Of a stretch of DNA of 64,000 bases, positions 26,019-36,416 are shown piece by piece. A program made the position numbers and the translations under genes. The stretch covers positions 186,001 to 250,000 of the forward strand of contig MU006103.1 in NCBI GenBank assembly GCA_010093705.1, read 5' to 3'. This DNA is from Patellaria atrata CBS 101060. Lineage: Eukaryota. The notes under the pieces are model-generated. The model was not told where the DNA came from. It did no database searches and saw only the letters and a program-made list of their open reading frames with translations. Each line of letters begins with the position of its first letter. Position 1 is the first letter of the stretch.

Positions 26019-29000
26019 TTACTCGTCGTACTCTAAAGTCAACGTCGTCGGGATCGGACTCTCACTCGCATTAGCATCAAGATAATGTCTCATCTTGATG
26101 CCCGCAAGATCATGTTCCGTCACGACAAACTGTCCCTGTCGACCTTTTGCCCTACGCAAATTCTTCAACTTGAACACTTCCCTCAACGTCGCCGCTAAAG
26201 AACAACCAACCAGCCGTGCTCCAAAACAGTAGTGCATTCCGTGACCTAAGAGCGTGTAGTCTTTAAAAGGCCTATGTGGATTCAACTTTTCAGGTTCGGG
26301 GAATGCTGCGGGATCCATCGCAGCTTTGGACGTAGCTATGAGGATGGTTTGCCCGGCCTTGACGTTGACGGGTCCGCGAGCGCCATCTACAACTGTGACG
26401 TCCCTGGCTGCGACACGAGGAAGGCCTGGGACGACACCTGCATGGCGCATACCTTCGAAGACGAAACCTTGCAGTTCACGCTCCGACGCTGGATCATCTT
26501 TGTGCGCTAGCTCGACAATGCGCTCTTTGTACTGCTCGTAACCTGGGCTAAGGAATAGATCGATAAGCAATGAGGCCTGTTGTGTCAAGTTCCCAGCGAC
26601 TGGTGCACCCATGCCGATGCAGTCACCAACCAAATCTCCGATGGGGAGCTTAGTATCGTTGAGTGCATGATAAAGACGATCGGCGACTGGTCCGACTTCG
26701 TACGCACTGCCTTTTGCAAGCCAGTCTACAACATTTTCCGTTACACCTTTCTGAGTCTTCAGATGAGCCTCAAAGACTTTACGCAAAATAGCTCCCGCCT
26801 TGTTAGCCCCTTCGCGAAGCTTCCACTCGTTGACAGGCATGATGTTGAAGCTTTGGTACATAAAGAGTACAAGGTATGCTCCGAAAGCTTCGGGTACGGT
26901 CATTAGCCCCGTAGGTTTCTCCCGAGTCTTGAGAGGAATAGCAAATCGTTCCGCAAGCCACAGGATGGGGGCAACGTTGGTGACATCACGAACGATATCG
27001 ATAGACCTTTTGCCTTTCGAAAATTTGAGTGAGTTCTCTCGGATCAATCTTGCGACGTTTGTGCTGAAGAATTGGGTTACGTTACGCTCGAAACCATCCT
27101 CGAAGAAGACTTTGTGCAGAATCTCCGATCGAGGATCGTGACGTTTCGCATCGTCCCACCCTATCATGAAGTCATGACCATCTGTACACTCACGGATGGC
27201 CTTTTGATACATGACTCGGAAGTTTTCCCTGTCTTCAAAGACTCTCCTGCAACCTTCTTGTGTCCGAACGCTAATGATATCCCTGTCATTCGAAGGTCTC
27301 TGAGTATCATATTGGTCAAGCACACCATTCTGCTTCAGTATTCCTCTGGCTTCTGGGGGAGTATAGAATGGAAGTAGGACGTAAGTTGAAGTACCGGTCC
27401 AAGCACCAGGAAGACCATTGAACATAAGTTGCGGCAATACACCATTGTAACCTCCAGGTGTAGTTGAGCTGAGTTTTGAAACACCCCAGTTTGTCAAGGT
27501 GGTACTGTTAAAGTCATAACTCAAGAATCGATCTCCACGTACAAGTGCCACAGCATCGTCCAAAATGCCCCGTCCTGTTGTTTGACCAGGGCAAACACCG
27601 CTGCCAGGCATAGCTGGTTTAGTACATTCAGCCATAAGACCTGGGTAGAGCTCAAGGTTCTCTATATGACCATACAGAAGCTCTGCTGCTCTTGCAGTCT
27701 CTTTGTCTGGGTTCCAGTCTTCGAAATTTTCGTATGGCTTGAGGTTAAGATATCGGCGGAACCTAAGTACAAGAAATCATTAGCCTTCTGTATCAATACA
27801 TGTAGCACGGTTCAAATACTCACTCATTCAAAGTGCAAACATTGAAGATTTCTCTGGCTTGTAGTTGGCCCATGAGATCAACCACCTTTAAGCTTGCAGG
27901 AGTACCGTGTGCACCGAACGCATGTGCTGGTTCGTCAATGCAGTCCTTGATGATCTGAGCGAGATCACTGTCCTTAAACCGTCCATCTGGTTCTCTTTCA
28001 AGACCTCCAAATGTCCACTGGTGAGGTGGTTTTTCCATAAGCTTGTGACCAACATTCTTCATGACCTTGTGGAAGTCATCAACCGTAACATCGTCGATGG
28101 ATCCAAGTTCTGGCAAATTTGCTCTTAACAATTCTTCCATCCATTTGTCATCGGCAGCGCTAAGTGCGGCATGCCAGTGGTAGAGGACAGCAAACTCCAC
28201 TGAAACAACATTTCCAGTTCCTCGTTCGATACGTTTTCCGCCTTGTTTAATCTCAGCGCCAAGATCCAACGACCAAGTGGAGTTGGCTCTTGGAGTGTTG
28301 AGAATTGCTGCGACATAATCCCTCAAGACAACAGAAGCGAAAAAGCCAACGTTGATATTTCGAGAAAGTTGAAAAATATCTTCATCTTGCCTGTGCGTAG
28401 TCAGTTGCGGTCATCTTAGATGATAGAAGGAATATAATAACGTACCATGCTTTCTGCTCTTCATTGAGAGTCTCCCAAGGTTTATATTTCCCTTGTTCAT
28501 TTACAGAAAACAGGCTCTCCGCAATATGATTATGATTTCTCGAGAACAAAACCAAGATAGCAACGACTCCTGGAGGCATCATCATAATACGCTCAGAAGC
28601 AATTGAATCTGGGTAGATAGTTCCATTCTGGTAACTCCTCACACGCTTTTGCTCTTTGCCCGTGTTTCCGTAAAGCGTACTTAGATCGACATAGCTCGAC
28701 GTTTCATTAACCCAGGGGTCTGTGCGTGAGGTTTGGAAACATTCGTGGATGACAACAGTAGCAAAAGAGAAAAACAGCCTATTCAACCCGGTTGGATGCT
28801 TGCGGAACGGGCCGTTCCGCTTAAGAAGTTGTTCGTATACAAGTTCGGGGTCGGGAAGATTTGGGCCTTTGGGTTTTGAAGGGGGAACACTACGGGAGTA
28901 CGGTGAGCCAGCTCGACCCATCTCGGGAATCCATGGGTTATTACCACTACCGTCGTGCTGCCTATATCTTGCGGACGGGCCAGCCATTGTGGGTGGAGGG

Positions 29001-29320
29001 TGAGGAAGATCATGCCACAATACTCCAATGAAGCCATTCGAGACTGTGCTACTGAGACCACTATTAGTCGGTAGTGACTGAAGCATAGAAACGCCATGCT
29101 CCAATAAAAGTTCCTTGTCGTCCAAAGGTTCTCCAGATGCGATGGTGGTCACCGCTTGGGCCATTGTTCGAGTAGTTTGAAGACCACTATGTGTGAGATC
29201 ATGAAGGATGGATGTTTTTTCCGCGATCGGACGGCCATTCGCTTGCTCATCCGTTTTCCCATCTGGAGCTCGTGGAGGTTTCTTTCTAATTGCGCCGAGC
29301 AATGCTCTGAGCTGACCCAT
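26019..29320 (-). CDS. Fatty-acid dioxygenase-cytochrome P450 fusion (Ppo / linoleate diol synthase family), 3 exons
   Basis: Peroxidase domain: distal His VIHECFQT, SSYVDLSTLYG, GNVVSVEF..LYHWH, ELYPGL. P450 domain: I-helix GNLTQ, EGMR (ExxR) and heme motif GHGMHYCFG. Confidence 0.93.
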
Positions 29321-29595
29321 GGCGAAAGTGTCGTATCGAGAGTACAAGCTCACTAAAGAATTTATGAGTGCTGGGTTGCTTTAAGAATTGGAAAATGGGA
29401 GGCGGTGAGATGTCAAGAGAGAGAAAAGTATAGAAAGAGTAGAAAAGAGCAATGAGAAGAGGATAAATGAAAATTTCGCCCATGGGCTACCTTGGTCAGC
29501 TTCATTGAGGAGACAGGCGGGGACGCCACCTTCGAATCATCGATTTGAAAATTGGGACAGGTCTTCTCGATCCGTCCAGCTAGCTGATGATAATT

Positions 29596-29628
29596 GCATG
29601 AAGCATGAAGCATGAAGCATGAAGCATG
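29596..29628. repeat. (GCATGAA)4.7 heptamer repeat upstream of the DOX-P450 gene
   Basis: gcatgaagcatgaagcatgaagcatgaagcatg. Confidence 0.9.
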
Positions 29629-31421
29629 GGCCATCGCAATTGACCAGAGTTAATACATGTGTCTTGGATAGACTGCCGTCTGGATTGGATAGCTCCAGAT
29701 ACCCATTTGCGGCGGATGTTTGAATACGTCCTACTCGGTAATCTTGATTAAAATTGAGCTGATATGATTGGTAAGATGGTGATAGTGTCCCTCCGAAGAG
29801 GTAAAGGTAGAGAGAGAGCTCTGTAAGGGCGCATGGATTGCGGTCGAGCAGAGCTCTATTCGGAACAGCTCGGTCTGAAGCACTTCTGCAGAGGTGACGC
29901 CAAGTGTTGCAGCTGGAAATGAGATATGGTGAATAACAGCGGAGACGGACAGAGCCAGTTCACTACTGAGTTCAGGTCCTTGCGTGAGTTGTTGAAGTTG
30001 TGGTTGGCGGAAGGTTTCTTCAGCCAGCCTCCAGTCTAATAGCGTCAAAAATAGGCTGCCGACAGTGGTTAGTGTGATCTGCGCTTAGAACTAGTGATCT
30101 GCCGCTTAGGGAGCGGGTCAAGGGTGTAGTTCTAGGGGTGCGGCGACCCTTGAAGCTGGCGATCTCCAAGCCGGGGGTCTCTACCACTGTACTGTACTCT
30201 GTCGGGTACATGTAGAATTAACCACTTTGAACGGCACGTACAGTACTACCGTAACTCGGACATTTATTAACAAAATTGCATCATAATTATCCACATACTA
30301 CTGACCCGTGCTGCATATGATTTACCAGTTCAGGTCGATGAGGCGTCGATCTGATTGATTTGACCGATTGGGTATTCCTCTTGGCTTGATTTCCCGAATC
30401 TGCATCTTGCTTGCTCTGATAGTCGAATCCTTTCTCCTAATGGCTGTATTTGCTGCAACTCTTCCTTAGCACTGCATGCTTAGCTGCGTAATCGGTTCTT
30501 TTTTGTCCAGGACGCAGCGAAGTATCTATATAGCTTCCCGCCGTACCGAGCATCCTTGCTAGCGATCTCTCTCGGACCTAACCGACAGTCTCAGTACGTA
30601 TTCACATGGAGAACTACGGAGTCTGATACATATAATTACCTTACACACCAAGGTATGCTCATTCAGGTAAGGGGACCTTGCCCAAATCCACAATACTTTT
30701 CCACCGTGTCGGATGAGACTCGATAATTCCGAAAGAAGTGATAGTGACTGCGAAAAGGGCGTTCAATACCGCGCCTCCATTCGCACAGTCTCCATCGTGA
30801 CGCAAGGGCGAAGCTATGAAGATTTTAAAGCGGTAAGTCTTTGAGGATCGACAAGGCCCTCCAAAGATATACTACCGAATTCTTCAATAGTACTCTGATT
30901 GGACCATGCATAGCTTGCTGTTTCATTATTGGGTTGCAGGTTGCATATCCGCCGTGAGCTTGCGAGTTGCGAGAGCACAGCTCCGAGTATGTATCCTCGA
31001 CGCATGGCAAAGATCTACACCGTGCTCTCCTAAAACGTTCACAGGAATCATCGATTCCCTTTCATTATTATTGTTTTTCTTTTTATCGCAGCCAAACGTG
31101 AGCGTCCCACCCAATGATCGGTTTCGACAGCTTCGACATGCCCAAGTGATAACCGGTGAAGTCATTACCACTTGATTGTGATCTGCCGGTAAGATTGTTG
31201 CTAACAGTAGCCAATATCCGTCCACTCCATGAGGTTGGCTTATTTTCACTTTGCATACCTTGCAAACCCCCGGAGTCATGGTAATATTGGAGCTTTTGGA
31301 GGTCCATCTCTCTATAACGGAGCTGCACCTCCAACTTAAATCGCGTTTTGATAATCTGTTCCAGCTTTCGATTTGACTGATATTTGCTCTGTTTTAGTTT
31401 TGTGCCTTCTGCTTGATCAAT

Positions 31422-33170
31422 ATGAGCGAATCTTTCTCGGAAAAGTCCTGGAGACCCCTTTCGTATCCCATCCAGTCTTCTGATAAGCATGATCCGGGTA
31501 AAAACTCGACATCAAGTTCTGCATCTAAATCTGAAGATAAATCTAGAGAACAGTCCCAGAGGATACCGAGAGCAATCCGTGCTGTCAAAGATTCGCGGGT
31601 TTCAAAAGACTCTCTTGGACGCACACTTGTCATTTGTTTAGACGGCACAGGCGATCAGTTCGATCAAGATAATAGTAATGTTGTCCACCTTGTCTCTTGC
31701 CTGAAGAAAGATGACCCATCCTCTCAAGTCACTTATTACCAATCTGGCATTGGTACCTATGACGACTCAGGTCTGAAAGGAGGATTTTCGGCCGCTGTCG
31801 ACATGGCCGTCGGAAGTGGACTTGGGACACATGTGAAGGATTCATATCGTTTCCTGATGCAAAACTATCGGGAGGGCGATAAAATATGTCTCTTCGGCTT
31901 CTCACGAGGATCCTATACGATCCGCTGTCTCGCTGGCATGCTGCACAAGGTCGGTCTTTTACCTGCCCACAATCGTGCGCAGATCTCATTCGCCTACAAA
32001 TTCTATAGAGATGATAGTCCGGAGGGTTGGAAGATGAGCGCGGATTTCAAGAAGACCTTTTGCACGAACATTAACATTCATTTCGTCGGAATCTGGGATT
32101 GCGTTGCTAGCGTCGGTTTTATTCCGAGAAAGCTGCCCTTTAGTAAGTCCCCGACGAATTGCATTCACTACTTTCGGCATGCCATGGCTCTAGACGAGCA
32201 TAGGGGGAAATTCAAAGTATGTCAATGGCAACATCAGAATCCGGCAGTTCAATCCCGAGATACCATTGACCACACTCCCAAAGCACGAGCTGAGAAGGTA
32301 GTCAAGCGCGGCCCCGTATCCCACATCTTTAAGTCATGTTTTGGTTCGAAGGAGAACACCAATACGAAGGATACAGCTAATAAAACTCGTTCAAACGATG
32401 TACACCCTCCAGACAACACTGGAACAATGTCGGAGGAAATGAAGCAATCCCATTTAGAGGAGCAATTTGAGAGATTACAGCATAAAAGCCATGACCACGA
32501 GCACGTTGAGACCGACGTCAAGGAGGTATGGTTTATGGGTGCACATGCTGATGTAGGCGGTGGCGCCGTGTTGAACGAAGAGCGCCATATGCTCTCGCGA
32601 ATTCCCCTTCGCTGGATGATTCGACAATGCTTCGAATGCAATACCGGAATTCTTTTCAAGTCTGCTACATTAGCGGAGTTGGGAATCGATGTCCCAACCT
32701 TGTGGCCGGTATATCAGGCGCCAAAAATACCTATTTCCCGCCCAGAACCGCGCCTGTTGGAAAAATACGAGTCCGGAGAACTGCCACCGCTTCATCGACG
32801 CGCTACAGCCTTGGGACTGGACGAAAAGAAGACTGATGAGGTGGCCAAGGATCCGGAACGTGCCCGATGGGAGGCTGATCTCCTGCCTGAGCAGGTTGAA
32901 GATCATTTTGATTCCATGGCCGCAGTTAACGACCAGCTCAAGCAAGCTAAGACGTGGTGGATCCTCGAGTTTTGGCCCGTTAAAGTACGCATGCAACTGA
33001 AGGGTCAGGATCAATGGGAGAAGGTGGTCAGACCTAATATGGGCAGACGTCGAGCAATTCGCGAGGATGAGCCGCACATGCATTGGACGGTCCGATCAAG
33101 AATAGAAGAGAACAGGTATCAAATCAAGAATCCCATTGATGATAATGCGGCGTGGAAGGTCGTTGCCTAA
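31422..33170 (+). CDS. DUF2235 / Tle1-like alpha/beta-hydrolase (putative phospholipase), intronless
   Basis: LVICLDGTG..F, SNVV, YYQSGIGT, nucleophile motif FGFSRGSY, WDCVASVG, HAMALDEHR and EVWFMGAHADVGGG. Confidence 0.92.
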   Translation: MSESFSEKSWRPLSYPIQSSDKHDPGKNSTSSSASKSEDKSREQSQRIPRAIRAVKDSRVSKDSLGRTLVICLDGTGDQFDQDNSNVVHLVSCLKKDDPSSQVTYYQSGIGTYDDSGLKGGFSAAVDMAVGSGLGTHVKDSYRFLMQNYREGDKICLFGFSRGSYTIRCLAGMLHKVGLLPAHNRAQISFAYKFYRDDSPEGWKMSADFKKTFCTNINIHFVGIWDCVASVGFIPRKLPFSKSPTNCIHYFRHAMALDEHRGKFKVCQWQHQNPAVQSRDTIDHTPKARAEKVVKRGPVSHIFKSCFGSKENTNTKDTANKTRSNDVHPPDNTGTMSEEMKQSHLEEQFERLQHKSHDHEHVETDVKEVWFMGAHADVGGGAVLNEERHMLSRIPLRWMIRQCFECNTGILFKSATLAELGIDVPTLWPVYQAPKIPISRPEPRLLEKYESGELPPLHRRATALGLDEKKTDEVAKDPERARWEADLLPEQVEDHFDSMAAVNDQLKQAKTWWILEFWPVKVRMQLKGQDQWEKVVRPNMGRRRAIREDEPHMHWTVRSRIEENRYQIKNPIDDNAAWKVVA

Positions 33171-33405
33171 AAGTTGAGAAGATATTTCCTATTGTAGTCA
33201 AATAAGTCATTTTTGTGATAATATGAAACAAGTAATCTTTCCGATATAGTTAGAAACAAAAGGAAATAGAACTCTCCAAAGCATCAATCACCATAAAAAA
33301 AGAGAAAAAAAAGAAAATAATAAAAAAACCCAGAGTCGTCCGGTTTTAGAAAGGCTCTCCCCTCCTTATCCCCTCAGCACTGTCACAATGATATTGATGA
33401 CACTG

Positions 33406-33495
33406 AGTCCCAGCGGGAATTGAACCCGGGGCGCCACGATGGGTTGTCGCTTCGTCCTGGACGGGAGAACGAACGCACCATGTGCCCTATGAGGA
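33406..33495 (-). pseudogene. Degenerate tRNA-Asp(GTC)-like element
   Basis: Minus strand reads TCCTCATA-GGGC..GTTC (D stem), GTC at the anticodon position, then CGGG-TTCAATT-CCCG (T arm, B box) and TGGGA. Acceptor and anticodon stems pair poorly. Confidence 0.5.
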
Positions 33496-34686
33496 TTTGG
33501 CTTGGCCGGAGCCAAACATATTCGAGAGGGCCGAATTGCTGTTTTGGGAAGGACCGGATTGACCGTTTGTAAGTCAGGTGACCTTAACGTTTTACGGTAT
33601 GCCCGGATTCACTGACCACATAGGTAATGGTATGCACCAAGTGTGACGTTTATTGAGGTATCAATAAGTGATTTGAGAAGATCCTACCTTACCTATATGC
33701 ATATTGAACGTAACATGGCTAGGAGCGATAAGGCGACAATGAAGGACACGATATTTCCAAATGAGAAAACTTCACTTTGAATTTCCGGAGGGCTCGAACG
33801 TGGGACCTTGTACTGTACTTTTATAGTCCTACCCTGGTGCCATGACCCAGAACTATAGCGTAGTTCAGGCTGGGATAGTGAGCGTCTCATCAGTCGTACG
33901 AATGACCGACTTGCGAAATTCAGTATTCGATCTCAGTTTAAGCAATTATGCACAGCTAATCCCGAACTCTTGACCGGTCGGACTGCTGTTCCTTTTTTGA
34001 TTGAGACGTAATTCAGGATCAGGGAAATATATTTAGGTGTGTACGGTACCTAGGAGACGATGCGGAGTTCAAGTGTCTACAGGGTGGAAAGATGACATTA
34101 GCATCTTAACAAATCGTACTACTGTAGGACATTGATGTTATCTGCGTGGAGTATAGAGTTGAGGAAAGCTGACACGAGTTTTAGTCAATCGGTAGTCGCG
34201 TTAGGTCAGGGATTTGGCCTCATCAAGATCCAACGAGACTGGCATTCATCGGGCCCGAGTTATTTTTGCGGTATGATATATATTGAGAAAGGGAACTCTC
34301 ATGCGGCGCGAAACGATCGTCGTGGTATGAGGTTTACAGTATAGACAGTCGGGAAGAAGTGCTTCATGGAAGCCACGCCAAGCACCTGTCTATCCCTGCT
34401 ATTCTATTCCCGCCTCTACCTTACTCTGTACTTCCGTACTGTATCCCTCATATCAACCTTGAAGACAAGCAACCGTGGAAAACTTGAGTAGGCCGTACAT
34501 AAAGGGGACATATACTATTCCCATCAATCATCAAGACACCCCAATGGCTGATTAGAAGTACGTAGATATACATAAGATGATTATCGGCAACTCGGACTTT
34601 CAAAAGTAGCCTCTATTTTCTATGGACTATCGATAACACCGCTCGACCATATCAACTGTTGAAACCCATTTAGGATATACCAACGT

Positions 34687-35601
34687 CTACATAGTCACAG
34701 GCACTGAAAGAATCGATCCGCTGCTGGTAGCAATATAAAGGGTGTTCATATCGGTTGCTCCTCTTCCAAATACAACCGTTGTTGGACTCTGTGCTGAAGC
34801 GACAGTGCTGACCTTATTATCCGCCGTAACCTTTACAATCTGGTTCTTTCCTGCTGCAGCAACATATGCCGCTCCGTCTGACCCAATCGCAAGATCGTCG
34901 CTCGAGTTATTCGACCAAATGGTGGAAATTGCGCCCATCAATTTTCCGGTCATATCCACTGCCGCTTTATGGAATGTGTTCTTGAACACATTAGTATAAT
35001 ATATGAAGCCATTGGCATATCTGATTCCATCAATGCCCATCGCTCCACCAGCAGGTGGGGTCATGGTTGCATCCTGTATGGCTACGCTATACGCCCCGGT
35101 CGATACACTGAGTCGGTAGACCGAACCTTTCAGCGCGTCTGCTACCAAGAGAGTATCGTTTCCGAGTGTTGTGATCCCATTTAACATCCCTGCCTCTGGG
35201 ATTGCTTTGAGGATGCTCACTTGCGGTGTAGCCCCAGTGAAATCCGCTTTCCACACTGACCAGGAGCCCGGTTTGTTACCGCCCGCAAATGAAAACTGCC
35301 CGACAACGCCTGCGAATACATCGGGCGAGATTTCAGTGATTGCTCCAGTGCAAGTTGATCCTGCGATGGATGCAAGCTTGGTTGCTTTCTTGGTGGAGGG
35401 ATCCAGTGTCCACAGCTCGGCCTTATCGAAGAAACTGACGATGAGCTGACCGTTGGAACGAGCTGCAAGACCTTCCGCCCAGACTGCGCCGCTGGAGAAC
35501 TTGTACACGGTTACCGGAGCTGCTTGACGTTGGATGACGGCCGCTGAAACAAGCGGAGCCGTCAGAGAGACAATGGCTGTGAGGGCAGATGAGAAACGCA
35601 T
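34687..35601 (-). CDS. Secreted six-bladed beta-propeller (SMP-30/gluconolactonase/NHL-like)
   Basis: Signal peptide MRFSSALTAIVSLTAPLVSA; blade motifs WAEGLAARSNG, MLNGITT, LLVAD, GIDGIR, DDLAI and PTTVVFGR; intronless. Confidence 0.85.
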   Translation of the reverse strand: MRFSSALTAIVSLTAPLVSAAVIQRQAAPVTVYKFSSGAVWAEGLAARSNGQLIVSFFDKAELWTLDPSTKKATKLASIAGSTCTGAITEISPDVFAGVVGQFSFAGGNKPGSWSVWKADFTGATPQVSILKAIPEAGMLNGITTLGNDTLLVADALKGSVYRLSVSTGAYSVAIQDATMTPPAGGAMGIDGIRYANGFIYYTNVFKNTFHKAAVDMTGKLMGAISTIWSNNSSDDLAIGSDGAAYVAAAGKNQIVKVTADNKVSTVASAQSPTTVVFGRGATDMNTLYIATSSGSILSVPVTM

Positions 35602-36416
35602 TGTGGCCGACTTAGACCTGGGAGGAAAGCAACCAGAAGAAGAGAATCTATCAAAATGGAAAACTCAAGTAAGTGGGAATTGGGTTTTATTTCATTCCCT
35701 ACCTACAAAGGACCCAACCTAAATTTTCCATCCCCGCAATTGAGAGCCCAAGTAGATGAAGCCAGAGGAAACTTCGGTCTTGGTAAATTGAAGAACATAT
35801 AACTAGCCACCTACAAGGTTATTATGTGAACCGAGAATTCGAGATGGCAAATAGGCGATACGGAGCAAGAGAAACTTGTGTCAAACAGAAGCTGAATTCA
35901 TATTGGTCGATACTTGAAAAGACTTGAAACACGCGTAGATTATAGTAGGCCGGGTATATGGTCAGGTAGGAGAGGTATAGTGTTGGCAGAGTATCTTCAC
36001 TCGCCTAAATACAGAATCTGGTGTGGAATAATGCTAATGTAATATATACCTAGAATGCTCCGCCAGTATATTAATAAGTGAGGGGAATTTCGGCATCGGT
36101 GAACTGCCGAAGTTAAAACACGGCTCCTGGTACTGAATTTAAATTCAAATTCATCCAGGTCAAGCGGAAGGACCTGTCGATTCTAATAAACGGAGAGTAC
36201 TCAAATGCTCTTCGCCAAGTCTCAATCTCTTATAACCTTCCCATCCCTTGTCACCACCACTGTACGCTTATAATAGAAAGAGTTCCGCCTTGGCTATACA
36301 AACAATTCAAAGATCAAAAAAAAAAAAGATAGATTTGATAATAAATCACTACCCGTACAGCAGCCTTACACACCCCAGAAACGCCGACTGCGACCAGAAG
36401 GGGGAATCTCCTGGAA

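Noticed and set aside
29731..30211. Two short minus-strand ORFs between the DOX-P450 and DUF2235 genes
   Set aside because: No motif and no convincing splice path joining them.
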